IMG/VR virus record: IMGVR_UViG_3300025769_000012
Coordinates: 1 to 55,732 of that record
Direction: 5' to 3' (one strand)
DNA from: a virus
Taxonomy: Duplodnaviria > Caudoviricetes
Length of the DNA: 55,732 nt
The notes beneath the pieces are model-generated. The model was not told the DNA's origin. It ran no database searches and saw nothing but the letters and a program-made list of their open reading frames with translations. Position 1 is the first letter of the stretch. Each line of letters opens with the position of its first letter. Positions 44,776 to 54,369 of the stretch are shown here, piece by piece. The position numbers and the translations under genes are program-made.

Positions 44776-45275
44776 GTTCTTTCTCCTTTATAGACAAAAC
44801 TACCATAATGCTGCTGCCTAGCTTGTTCTGCTATAACAGCGGCGGTTTCAACATCGTCATAGTATCCAAAGTGTTTCTGCTTTCCATCAACACTGACCTG
44901 AACACCATACTTTGCATGATTCTTGTGCCAATAGACATTAGGCACTTTGCATTTATTGTCGGAACGCAACCGTCTGTTTAGACTATTCTGCTGCTGCGTT
45001 GCCTCACGCAAATTCTCAATACGGTTGTTAAAAGCATTACCATCAATATGGTCAATGATCTCTGGCAAATAGCCTTTGTTCATCAAGAATACGATGCGAT
45101 GCGCTTGGTATTGCTTTCCTTTGATCCGTGTCTTTGCGTACCTGCCAGACTTATAGATAGCAGACATGCCGACTTTACCACGGCGGCTCTGTACCTTGCG
45201 AACAAGATCACCATCATTGTATTCAAACATCTGATGGGCTAGTTCGTACAGTTCCGCAGTTGGTGTATCAGTCAT
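44772..45275 (-). mobile_element. Free-standing HNH homing endonuclease (HNH + AP2-like domain)
   Basis: AHRIVF, IDHIDGNAFNNRIENLR, VYW...KHFGYY; lower GC than the genome average. Confidence 0.88.
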
Positions 45276-45303
45276 GTCTTTCTCCTTTTCTGACTGGTTA
45301 CGA

Positions 45304-48300
45304 TTAAGCGTTTTCTAGGGCGGTTACTTTTGCCTCTAGGGTTTCAATGCGATCCATTGCCTCTTGCAGTGCCTTGACTGCTTTCATGTAGAGGATAGAG
45401 TATTTTACAGTTTTGGTTACTGTGCCAAAGTCTTCGCCTGTATGAGGATCAACGTCTGGGCTTGTTTCTACCAACCCAGCCATACCCGCAGCTTCAAGCT
45501 CTTGAGCAATAACACCAAGTTTATTTGGCGCGTCAAGATTGTCCGTTTTCATACTGTATTTGCGAACAGTTAGTGCCTTGATGTCATTCCACTGGGATGC
45601 AGCATCTACAATGTTTTCTTTCAGTTTAATGTCTGAGATAGCACCATAGCTGTTGTTTGCGTTTTCAACGTTACCGTCTCCTTTGACGTTGAAACAGTTA
45701 CCTGAAGAGTTTTCTGCGAAAACAAAATAAGACGCTCCATTGTTAGTGTTTGATAAGTCCCAAAACTGAACCCTTCCGGCTGAACCTGTTTGGGTGCCAA
45801 CGGCTTTTAAGCAATAATGCCCTGCGGTTGCGCCTAGGGTTATAAGGTCTAGCGTTTTGTTTGTCTCAGGTGTTACACCAACACCCATTGCCCCAGTTGA
45901 TGCGATACGAACCCTAGGATTACCATCCCCATCCGACAGCACGATGTTGTTGCTTGAGGTGCGGATGTCTAGGCCGTATTCGTTGCCGTTGTAGCGGCCT
46001 AGGATGGTGTTCTTTACACCAGAAGTGATGTTTTCACCAGCAGCTTGGCCTACAAACGTACTCAAGTTACCTGTTAAATACCGACCAGCATAGGCTCCAA
46101 GAATCGTATTAGCTGATGATCCAGCGCAGGTGTAGCCTGCAAAATACCCCAAAAATGTTCCGTTAGCACCTGTCTCGTTGTTATACCCAGCCGCATACCC
46201 AACCGCTGTGTTGTTGCTGGCGGTGGTGTTGGAGCGCAAAGCACCATAACCTGATGCTACGTTGCTAGTACCCGTAGTATTGCTTCGTAAAGATTCCCAC
46301 CCAATAGCGGTGTTGTCGTTAGCTGTTGTATTCAACAGTAATGCAGCGTGGCCAACAGCAGTGTTTTTCTGGCCGGTAGTGTTTGTATAAAGAGCCGCAC
46401 TTCCCAGTGCAGTGCTTTCACCACCTGTTGTATTTTCAAACAAAGCATAACGACCAATTCCAACATTGTTTGCACCTGTCGTGTTGTCCCGCAAGGCAAA
46501 AATGCCGACTGCCGTGTTTTGAGAGGCAGTAGTGTTTGAATAAAGAGCTTCTTTCCCAACTGCTACGTTATCTGCACCAGTAGTATTACTATACACCGCC
46601 TGATACCCAACCGCCGTGTTGTTGCTGGCGGTGGTGTTTAAGCGTAGAGCCTGATGACCTAACGCAGTGTTACTTGCGCCAGTAGTATTTGCAGCCAAAC
46701 TAGCCTGACCAAAGGCATTGTTAAGTGTACCAGTAGTGTTGGCGTATAACGCACTTGAACCGACGGCTACATTATCAATACCCGAAGTGGTGCTTCTTAA
46801 TGCTTGATAACCAACGGCAACTTGATCTGTACCAGTAGTATTACTATACGCAGCCTGATACCCAACCGCAGTGTTGTTGCTGGCGGTGGTGTTGGAGACT
46901 AGAGCCTGACGACCAATTGCCGTATTGTTACTACCTGTTGTGTTTGAGCTTAAAGCATTTGCACCAAAAACTGCGTTTTCTGCGCCAGTCGTGTTTGCAT
47001 ACATAACATCATTACCCATCGCAGTGTTTAACTGACCAGTGGTATTATATGCTGCACGATAGCCAACTGCGGTGTTGTAGCTTGCGGTGGTGTTATAAAA
47101 AAGAGCAGAGCGTCCCACCGCCGTGTTTAGTCCACCTGTTGAATTATTGACCAATGCTTGGTGTCCCACCGCAACATTGTTTGATCCTGTCGTTACATAG
47201 TACAGGCTATCCGCACCAACCGCTGTGTTAGAAACAGCGGTTGAACCTAAGTAGTGTGATCTATACCCAAGGGCCACGTTGAAATTACCCGTGGTGTTTG
47301 TATACCCAGCCTGAAACCCCATAGCCGTGTTGTTGCTGGCGGTGGTGTTGGAGAGTAGTGAGCTAGTACCCAGTGCGGTGTTGTATCCGCCAGTGGTGTT
47401 GGCATTCAAAGCATCCCAACCAATCGCCACATTGTTTACGCCTGTGCTATTATTATAAAGAGAATTTGGGCCAACGGCTACGTTGATTTGTCCCGTAGTA
47501 TTCCCATATAAAGCCCCATAACCAACAGCAACATTGTAGGAGGCGGTGGTGTTGTCTGAAAGTGCGTAAGAACCTAATGCAGTATTATAATTACCTGTAG
47601 TGTTAGCTGACATTGAGGCATTACCAATAGAAGTATTGTTGCCACCCGTTGTATTTGCATCTAATGTGTAGGTGCCTATCGCAGTATTTCGTGAGCCTGT
47701 AGTATTCTCTTTCAGAGCAACAGTACCAAATGCCGTGTTTAAAATACCTGTGGTGTTTTTGTTTAAGGCTTGGTACCCAAAAGCGTTTATATTGGCCCCC
47801 GTAGTATTCGCATACCCAGCTTGATAACCAACGGCAGTGTTGTTGGAGGCGGTGGTGTTGGAGAGGAGAGATTGATGCCCAACCGCCACGTTAGATGAAC
47901 CCGTTGTGTTTGTATTTAACGACTGAGTACCAATAGCAATATTAGAACTTGCCGTTGTATTTGAATATAATGCTCGTCTGCCCAAGCCAACATTGTTATC
48001 ACCTGTAGTATTGTCAGTTAAACTAGATGTGCCGATAGCCACATTGTAGTTGCCATCTGAAGCAACACTATCCAACGCAGTATCACCCAGAGCCACGTTG
48101 TCTGTACCAACAGGATAATTCCCGTCCAGCTTGATCGTGCCGTTGGCTTCAAGGTTCGTAAACGTCCCAAGCGCCGCAGAGGCCTGACCAATATTGGTGC
48201 CGTCAATCGCACCGCCGCCAATATCTACGGAGTTCGAGATGAACGACGTGATCGTCACGGCACCCGTGCTATTCGCAATCGAACCCGCCGCCGTGCCGTC

Positions 48301-49224
48301 CTTGGCCTTGATGTTGGTAATCTCAAGGTTCGTCGCGTTAACGCCGTCGTCTTTCAGCAAGACGCTGTCAATCGTCACACCGCTGCCCGCGGTGGTTTCG
48401 TTGATGGTGTTCGTCGTAATGGCTTGACCACTGTCCACGATGATGTTGTTGGCTCCGGTTGTATTACCGTTGGCCAAAACCTCGGCCAGTGTGTCCACCG
48501 TAGCCACTTGGTCATCAACATACGTTTTAATAGAAAGCGACGTCGCCAACGTCGTGGCAGACGCATCGGACATGTTTGTAGTCGTGTTGATGCCGGTGAC
48601 CGTTGCCCCGGTGGCAAGACTTAGGTCCGTGTTGGCAGTCAAATTCGTGAACGTGCCCGCCTTCGGTGTAGTACCGCCAATGACCGCTTCGACCGTACCA
48701 TCGTTAATGTCCGCAGTTCCTGCGGTGAGGTCGTCCGTAGTAAGCGTGGGGGTGGTGATTTCTGTCGCACGGAGCTTGGTAAAAATGTCAGTAGTGGTCG
48801 CAGTGGCTCCGCCTCCACTAAACTTGACCACCATGTCGACGCCCGCCGGAACCTCAAGGTCGCGGCCAGCATCGTATGTGCCTTGGAAGAGAATAACCGA
48901 GCGACTGCCAGACAAGCTATTGCGGATGAAAACAATCTTTTCCGCGTCGTTTGGCGTAAGTTGGACATAAGCCGTCGCGCCCAAATCGCCACCGTCAACA
49001 AACTCAATCCATTTGTTGCGGCCATCCGAGGTGGCACCGTCGCTAATTGCTAGCGTATTCGGGGAACCAGAAGTACCTGCCGAAGCAAGCGTTAGGGAAA
49101 GACATCCGTTGATCGCCTGATCCAGAATGTCAAAATTAATGTTTGTGGTATCACCCCAAGTACCCGACTGTTCACCGGTTGCCGGTTTCTCGATACCGAG
49201 GTTAACTGTATAGGTGCTTGGCAT
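45304..49224 (-). CDS. Tail fibre with 17-aa repeats and C-terminal intramolecular chaperone (peptidase S74)
   Basis: NTTG/ASxNxAxGxxALxx repeats; SDIKLKENI, GVIAQE, KALQEAMDRIETLE. Confidence 0.9.
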   Translation of the reverse strand: MPSTYTVNLGIEKPATGEQSGTWGDTTNINFDILDQAINGCLSLTLASAGTSGSPNTLAISDGATSDGRNKWIEFVDGGDLGATAYVQLTPNDAEKIVFIRNSLSGSRSVILFQGTYDAGRDLEVPAGVDMVVKFSGGGATATTTDIFTKLRATEITTPTLTTDDLTAGTADINDGTVEAVIGGTTPKAGTFTNLTANTDLSLATGATVTGINTTTNMSDASATTLATSLSIKTYVDDQVATVDTLAEVLANGNTTGANNIIVDSGQAITTNTINETTAGSGVTIDSVLLKDDGVNATNLEITNIKAKDGTAAGSIANSTGAVTITSFISNSVDIGGGAIDGTNIGQASAALGTFTNLEANGTIKLDGNYPVGTDNVALGDTALDSVASDGNYNVAIGTSSLTDNTTGDNNVGLGRRALYSNTTASSNIAIGTQSLNTNTTGSSNVAVGHQSLLSNTTASNNTAVGYQAGYANTTGANINAFGYQALNKNTTGILNTAFGTVALKENTTGSRNTAIGTYTLDANTTGGNNTSIGNASMSANTTGNYNTALGSYALSDNTTASYNVAVGYGALYGNTTGQINVAVGPNSLYNNSTGVNNVAIGWDALNANTTGGYNTALGTSSLLSNTTASNNTAMGFQAGYTNTTGNFNVALGYRSHYLGSTAVSNTAVGADSLYYVTTGSNNVAVGHQALVNNSTGGLNTAVGRSALFYNTTASYNTAVGYRAAYNTTGQLNTAMGNDVMYANTTGAENAVFGANALSSNTTGSNNTAIGRQALVSNTTASNNTAVGYQAAYSNTTGTDQVAVGYQALRSTTSGIDNVAVGSSALYANTTGTLNNAFGQASLAANTTGASNTALGHQALRLNTTASNNTAVGYQAVYSNTTGADNVAVGKEALYSNTTASQNTAVGIFALRDNTTGANNVGIGRYALFENTTGGESTALGSAALYTNTTGQKNTAVGHAALLLNTTANDNTAIGWESLRSNTTGTSNVASGYGALRSNTTASNNTAVGYAAGYNNETGANGTFLGYFAGYTCAGSSANTILGAYAGRYLTGNLSTFVGQAAGENITSGVKNTILGRYNGNEYGLDIRTSSNNIVLSDGDGNPRVRIASTGAMGVGVTPETNKTLDLITLGATAGHYCLKAVGTQTGSAGRVQFWDLSNTNNGASYFVFAENSSGNCFNVKGDGNVENANNSYGAISDIKLKENIVDAASQWNDIKALTVRKYSMKTDNLDAPNKLGVIAQELEAAGMAGLVETSPDVDPHTGEDFGTVTKTVKYSILYMKAVKALQEAMDRIETLEAKVTALENA

Positions 49225-49235
49225 CTCTCAATTCC

Positions 49236-50129
49236 TTACGCTGCTACCCGCGTCCAATTAGCGTTCTGGTTAGGTGCTTCCTCCGACCATGCTGGTTCTT
49301 GACTTGGGTCAACGTCACTATAGCTCGGATTTTGATCCGGGACAATCTTTCCGTAAACCAGTACCTGTCCAACTTGTCCGGCAGCACTTACGCCTGTTAC
49401 ATTTACGATAGCGTCTGCATTTGCAATAACACTACCAACTATTCCTATCCCCGCGACACCGCCAACATTTACGTTCTGGTCGGTGGTTACCGCAACAGAC
49501 CCTACGTTACCTATCGCCTCAATACCCACTACAGGTACATTGGCTTCCCCATCGACAGACGCCTGTCCAACTTGCCCAGTTGCCGCGATACCGGTAGGGT
49601 ACACATTCGCGACAGCAACAACAATAACAGACCCAACATTACCGGTGGCAGCTATGCCCGTAACCGGTACATTTGCCGCCGCGTCGATTTCAACCGACCC
49701 AACTGCGCCTGTTCCAGCACTTCCCGTAACGTTGACGTTTGCATCTGCGGTGACCGTAACAGAGCCGACAGCTCCTGTCCCAGCCAATCCGGTGGGGTAG
49801 ACATTGGCGTCAGCGTTTATGCTGACGGAACCGACTTGGCCAGTACCGGATACCCCAGTAACGTCTACATTGGCCTCGCCGATGATGCTGACTTCGCCTA
49901 TTTGGCCGGTGCCAGCAACACCCGTAACCTCAACATTGGCTTCCGCAACTACCGTTACGCTGCCAACATTACCCGTCGCTGCAATCCCAGTAACTGGCGC
50001 ATTTGCTTCCGCAATGACCGTTACCGAGCCTACAGAACCCGTGACAAACGGAAAACCGCTCTGGCTCCACGGGCCTTCGCCCCAACCAGAGCGGCCCCAG
50101 CCGCCGATTGGAACGATAACATCAGCCAT
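49236..50129 (-). CDS. Repeat-rich structural protein
   Basis: Tandem ~21-aa VTGxAxTGxVGSVxVxAxANV repeats. Confidence 0.75.
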   Translation of the reverse strand: MADVIVPIGGWGRSGWGEGPWSQSGFPFVTGSVGSVTVIAEANAPVTGIAATGNVGSVTVVAEANVEVTGVAGTGQIGEVSIIGEANVDVTGVSGTGQVGSVSINADANVYPTGLAGTGAVGSVTVTADANVNVTGSAGTGAVGSVEIDAAANVPVTGIAATGNVGSVIVVAVANVYPTGIAATGQVGQASVDGEANVPVVGIEAIGNVGSVAVTTDQNVNVGGVAGIGIVGSVIANADAIVNVTGVSAAGQVGQVLVYGKIVPDQNPSYSDVDPSQEPAWSEEAPNQNANWTRVAA

Positions 50130-50581
50130 TACGCTATCCGAATAATTGCGTTACTTGCGTCGGCAGTCGGAAAAACGATGGTGAAGTCACCGGCGGTGGA
50201 GGTCTTGTCCCCACCGAAATCCAAAACCACAACAGACGGGTTCGATACCGAAATAGAAGTGGTGTTCGGAGTAGTATTGTAGATCAACGCGCCACGGGCC
50301 GTAATCGTTGCAGTCGTGAAAGTCTCGTCTGCAAAGTCAGTGAAAGCCGTCGTACCAGAAGTGGTCGGGTTTACACTGGTCAAAGCTTGACCGCCCGCCG
50401 AGTAACCGGTGCCGCTGGTTTCGTTCGTTGCCGAATACGCAGTCGTCGACGCGTCTAGCGTCGCCGCGCTGGTATAAAGCGCGATGTTAAAAGTGTCGCC
50501 CGTTGAGGCATCAAAGTCGTGTACACCATAAAGAAGCTCGTTCTTAAAGGATGTACACATGTAGTTTCCTGAGAAAGCCAT
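50129..50581 (-). CDS. Structural protein
   Basis: SFK.ELL, ALYT, GY.AGG, ARGALIYN, VLDFG.DK motifs. Confidence 0.75.
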   Translation of the reverse strand: MAFSGNYMCTSFKNELLYGVHDFDASTGDTFNIALYTSAATLDASTTAYSATNETSGTGYSAGGQALTSVNPTTSGTTAFTDFADETFTTATITARGALIYNTTPNTTSISVSNPSVVVLDFGGDKTSTAGDFTIVFPTADASNAIIRIA

Positions 50582-50582
50582 G

Positions 50583-50882
50583 TCACAGTCTCCTTATCAA
50601 ATCAGCAAGCTCCTTATGGCCTGCGTCGGTTAGCGCATTGTACACAGTGGTTCTATCACTTTTTATCGCCTCACGCATGTAGTTTTCTAAAACTTTTACG
50701 AGTTGCTTGCGAAAGGCATGTGCTTGTGCCCGGATTGCAGGGTTCGCATCGTCGCTGATCGAAATAATCTTGTCGGCAGCGCGTTCCGCGATTTCCGCTG
50801 GAGTAAACCCACGTCTGTTGGTGGTGTGTACTTCCACCGAAAAACCCGGGTTTATGTTCATATCTAATGCTGGAAAACTCAT
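50583..50882 (-). CDS. Hypothetical protein
   Basis: 99 aa, coupled to neighbours. Confidence 0.75.
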   Translation of the reverse strand: MSFPALDMNINPGFSVEVHTTNRRGFTPAEIAERAADKIISISDDANPAIRAQAHAFRKQLVKVLENYMREAIKSDRTTVYNALTDAGHKELADLIRRL

Positions 50883-51529
50883 TGTTTCGGCCTAATCACC
50901 ATTCCTGTACGATATTCGTCCGTCACTTCCTTCGATTCACCGAACATCTTCAGACCGGTAATCGCTTCCGCAAAACGCTTCTCGTATTGTTGTAGTATAT
51001 CGGGCTCACCCTTCATATAGATGTATGCCTCGATCAAGCTTCCGTACAAAAGAGCCAACTGAGCGTTTTCACTCAGCCATGTCGTGCCGCTGCCGCCTGA
51101 CTGAGTCAAACTGAGCGGACGATAGAAGTAATGAAGCTCCACCGCATAGCTTGCGTCTGGTGTAGGCCCCAAAATGAAGTTATCGATGTCAAAAACCGCG
51201 TAATACCGCGGATTTCCCGTCGTAGACGCGTTTGGATTGAATGTTTGCACGAAATCGGGGTCTTTGAAGTCCAAAAACACCTGATTTGAGCTGGCGTCCG
51301 TGAAAGACAACGAAAATGGTGCCAAAAAGTCACTCGGACAGGCCAAATACTTATTCGAAGACGACAATGCGCCGCTTACGTTCTTGCGGAACAGGCTTAA
51401 CTGGACGTTTTTGAGGATACGCTCCTCTGCCTGCACGATAAACACAGGAATATTGGCAACGAACGAGCTTTCGTCGTACTGCGTGTAGTCCTGAATGGCC
51501 TGCGTTAGCTGATCGTATGTAAAGCTCAT
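50879..51529 (-). CDS. Putative head-tail adaptor/tail tubular protein
   Basis: G.P.YY, GPTPD, WLS....LLYGSL.EA motifs. Confidence 0.65.
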   Translation of the reverse strand: MSFTYDQLTQAIQDYTQYDESSFVANIPVFIVQAEERILKNVQLSLFRKNVSGALSSSNKYLACPSDFLAPFSLSFTDASSNQVFLDFKDPDFVQTFNPNASTTGNPRYYAVFDIDNFILGPTPDASYAVELHYFYRPLSLTQSGGSGTTWLSENAQLALLYGSLIEAYIYMKGEPDILQQYEKRFAEAITGLKMFGESKEVTDEYRTGMVIRPKQ

Positions 51530-51828
51530 GTCACCACCGTTACTTGGCCAACCTTACCGAACGCCTGTACAGGCCGAAGGTTCGGGCTCTCAACCAGCGG
51601 CACACCGACATAGACATCCAGTGGCTCAACTCGGTCAGGTCTTGCGTTATCAAGGGCCTCGGGGTCATCAACCTTGCGAAAAGGCCCTAGCTGCGGGTGT
51701 TTCGGCTCGTATTCGTCCGGACCCACAAGCAAACCGTTCCATTCCTTTTTCATCACCCGATATGGATAACGAAAACCGGAACGATCCGAGATTGCCCATG
51801 AGTTTTTTCCGGAAGCAAACTTACCCAT
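51526..51828 (-). CDS. Hypothetical protein
   Basis: SDRSGF.Y, EWNGL.V, EPKHPQ motifs. Confidence 0.75.
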   Translation of the reverse strand: MGKFASGKNSWAISDRSGFRYPYRVMKKEWNGLLVGPDEYEPKHPQLGPFRKVDDPEALDNARPDRVEPLDVYVGVPLVESPNLRPVQAFGKVGQVTVVT

Positions 51829-52497
51829 CTACCCCGCCCTATAATATTCGTACCTTGGAACAACATTGAAGGATGACCGATCACGGTCCTCCGTCGCTGC
51901 TCGCTCAAACTCCTCTTCATACACAGCTTTGAGCATCTGAACACGGTTCGGTGCCCGCTTCAAAGCAATGTAATAGGCCAGCCCCGCCGCGAGGCAGGGA
52001 TAGAACCGAAACGGCATGTCCATGGTATTGGTGAAATCGTCCGCGTCGTCCACTCGGGTCAACGCATCGTAGATCACAACGTCCGAAGCATCGTCAGGAA
52101 CCGGCCAAATTTTTAAGTTTGGCGTCACTTGACGGTCCAAAAAGAACTGGTTTGGACGGCCCTGAGAGGTTTTGTTCGGAATGTTAAGGTAGTCATCACG
52201 GCTGAGACGCTCCATAGAGTAATCGGTGCCGCTGCGTCGACAAATAACCGACAAAACGTCGATTACATCGCTGCCTAAGTCATAATCCCCGTCGCCTACA
52301 ACCAAGGTGACCGTGCGTTGCTTAATAGTCCACTGGTTTAATCCGCGGTTTGCCCAGTCCGCAAGCAACAAGTTGAGCGAACGCTTGGCTGATTTCAGGT
52401 CGTAACCTGTACGAACCTCAAGGCCGCACCGCTCAAATGCCTCTTCGACATATTCAGCGACGTCTAGCTCGAAGTCTTTGCTGCCTGACGTGGTCAT
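51829..52497 (-). CDS. Putative head-tail adaptor protein
   Basis: EEAFERCG, WANRGLN.W, GRP.Q, WPVP, GLAYY motifs. Confidence 0.65.
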   Translation of the reverse strand: MTTSGSKDFELDVAEYVEEAFERCGLEVRTGYDLKSAKRSLNLLLADWANRGLNQWTIKQRTVTLVVGDGDYDLGSDVIDVLSVICRRSGTDYSMERLSRDDYLNIPNKTSQGRPNQFFLDRQVTPNLKIWPVPDDASDVVIYDALTRVDDADDFTNTMDMPFRFYPCLAAGLAYYIALKRAPNRVQMLKAVYEEEFERAATEDRDRSSFNVVPRYEYYRAG

Positions 52498-52655
52498 GAC
52501 CGTTTCCTACTCTTCTTGGCGGTTTTGGCCGCTTTTTTAAACGCCTTGTCGGTAGGCGCACCTTTGCTGCCCGGCTTACGCATTTTTTCACCAGACCCGG
52601 CAGCTATCCGCTTCCGTTTGGCTTGAATGTTTGCATATAAACCGCGCTTTGCCAT
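52494..52655 (-). CDS. Small basic protein (53 aa, not in ORF track)
   Basis: MAKRGLYANIQAKRKRIAAGSGEKMRKPGSKGAPT...; TAATG and ATGA coupling. Confidence 0.8.
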   Translation of the reverse strand: MAKRGLYANIQAKRKRIAAGSGEKMRKPGSKGAPTDKAFKKAAKTAKKSRKRS

Positions 52656-52807
52656 TATGCGTTCCTTACCGCGCAGCTCTTTTTGCCGCCAGATTTACGG
52701 CTAGACGTGCGTACTGCACCGCCGCCCTCCATCTTTTTAACCATACCGCCGCCGCGCATTTTCTTAACCATGCCGCCGCCACGCATCTTTTTAGGTTTCA
52801 TCGCCAT
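52655..52807 (-). CDS. Small basic protein with KKMxGGGxV repeats
   Basis: AGGAGG RBS before the ATG at 52807; three tandem 9-aa repeats. Confidence 0.8.
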   Translation of the reverse strand: MAMKPKKMRGGGMVKKMRGGGMVKKMEGGGAVRTSSRKSGGKKSCAVRNA

Positions 52808-53381
52808 TTTTAAGCCTCCTATAAAAACGTTCCCGCTTATCATAAATCTCACGGGCGTTATACTGGCCATTATATGTATCATAATAGCCTTTTTTATCTA
52901 GCTTGTCTGCCGCTTCTTGTAGCTTTGACAACCGCTGGACAAAAATCATTGCATATTCCGCGTCTATTTGCGGTTGGAAATCCACGTCGGCGACGAAATC
53001 GCTCTCCTCGTCGTGCGGATGAAACCCCATAACCCAAACATCACGATCAATGAACATGCCGTCTGCGATGGCGTCGTTCATTTCATCCAGATACGTGTGA
53101 AACAAGTCAGGGTCTTTATCGAACTTGAAGTCGATAATGATCGCGATCTCAAAATTATCGTCAAACTGAGATACGGTGTTATACAGCGTCTGCTTGTTGG
53201 TCTCGTACTTATACAAGACTGCCACGCGGCTATCTATCCACGCTTGTCGAGCATACGGACACGGCGGAAGATTGTTGAAATGCGGGCTAGGTTTTTCTAA
53301 CACCGTAGCAGACCAGTCTACCAGCTCGTGATAAACAGCGTGTTCTACTTCAAAGGACGGTGTCAAAAAAGCTAGTCCCAT
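52791..53381 (-). CDS. DUF1415-like hypothetical protein
   Basis: PCPYA and FHP motifs; GGAG RBS. Confidence 0.6.
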   Translation of the reverse strand: MGLAFLTPSFEVEHAVYHELVDWSATVLEKPSPHFNNLPPCPYARQAWIDSRVAVLYKYETNKQTLYNTVSQFDDNFEIAIIIDFKFDKDPDLFHTYLDEMNDAIADGMFIDRDVWVMGFHPHDEESDFVADVDFQPQIDAEYAMIFVQRLSKLQEAADKLDKKGYYDTYNGQYNAREIYDKRERFYRRLKNGDET

Positions 53382-53384
53382 ACA

Positions 53385-53567
53385 CTACTCCAGAAACTTG
53401 TGTACTAGAGGTGTTACGACTATTAGAATGCCAAGCCCCCAGATTTTGTAATCAAGACCGTCCAAAGACTTTTTCTGTTCCTTCAGCTTTTCTTCAATGC
53501 GTTGATAGCGAAGATTGCACTCCGCTTCATGCTTTTCTAGCTTCGATAAAACGTCTTCTACGCGCAT
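53385..53567 (-). CDS. Small coiled-coil + TM protein
   Basis: MRVEDVLSKLEKHEAEC..RY...; GAGG RBS before the ATG at 53567. Confidence 0.7.
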   Translation of the reverse strand: MRVEDVLSKLEKHEAECNLRYQRIEEKLKEQKKSLDGLDYKIWGLGILIVVTPLVHKFLE

Positions 53568-53574
53568 TTCTTCC

Positions 53575-53859
53575 TCACCAAGCTTTGCAGGACCAGTAAC
53601 GGGCACTGAACTTGTCTTTGGCGGTGCCACACGAATGACGCGCTCTAAAGTTTTTTCTACGTCCCGGCTGATCTTTTTTAATTGCCATGTTCGGATCGCC
53701 GAAGCGAACCAATTTAACTTCCGACCCTTTTTTAGCGAGGACCGCACTTTTCTTTGATTTCCCGGGTGTACGCTTTGGTTTGTTATATCCTGCAAAAGTT
53801 TCCCCCCGGTACTTTAATCGGCCTGATGGCATACGCTCAACGTCTTTTGTAGAAGCCAT
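53575..53859 (-). CDS. Conserved basic phage protein
   Basis: RFGDPNM, FRARH.C, YWSC..W motifs. Confidence 0.8.
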   Translation of the reverse strand: MASTKDVERMPSGRLKYRGETFAGYNKPKRTPGKSKKSAVLAKKGSEVKLVRFGDPNMAIKKDQPGRRKNFRARHSCGTAKDKFSARYWSCKAW

Positions 53860-53870
53860 CAGAGCGCCCC

Positions 53871-54146
53871 TTAACTGTAGAAAATCGTCATCGCAGTGAC
53901 GTTGGTGGCGGTAGCCACGTACAAGTCATCCGTGAACAACACCCCCTCGTCGGGAATGTTCACAGAGTGCGAATCCGATGCTAAGAAGTCGATGTCGAGA
54001 ACCGTCGCGCCGCCGTTGCCATTAGTCAACGTCAAACGACCCGCGCCCGCGCCTGTCAAAACCTGTATCTGACGAAGACGGTTGCGACCAATACTGGCCG
54101 CTCCTGCCCCAGTCAGACGTTTTGTTTTTACGTCTGAATTAGCCAT
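53871..54146 (-). CDS. Small structural protein
   Basis: 91 aa, beta-rich; IP..GVLF motif. Confidence 0.75.
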   Translation of the reverse strand: MANSDVKTKRLTGAGAASIGRNRLRQIQVLTGAGAGRLTLTNGNGGATVLDIDFLASDSHSVNIPDEGVLFTDDLYVATATNVTAMTIFYS

Positions 54147-54358
54147 TATTTGCTCTCCGCTTTCTTCGTTGTTTTCTTAGCAACTTTTTTGGGAGCGGCT
54201 TTTTTGACAGGTTTTTCCACCCACGCCTCGTTGACGTCTGGCGTCGAAGGATCATCGGCCTTCAACGTGCCATCGTCGTTACGTGCGCGAACTTTTTCGA
54301 CCTTAACGCCGCGAGCTGCTAACTCTTCATCAGAAGGTGGACGAAACCGATTACTCAT
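54146..54358 (-). CDS. Small protein with Lys-rich tail
   Basis: RARN..G...ADDPSTPDVNEAW motif. Confidence 0.75.
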   Translation of the reverse strand: MSNRFRPPSDEELAARGVKVEKVRARNDDGTLKADDPSTPDVNEAWVEKPVKKAAPKKVAKKTTKKAESK

Positions 54359-54369
54359 GTTTCATCCCC

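Noticed and set aside
46030-48110. Tail-fibre repeats as a CRISPR array or DGR template/variable pair
   Set aside because: The repeats are in-frame coding with long irregular spacing; no cas genes, no reverse transcriptase and no adenine-specific differences seen.
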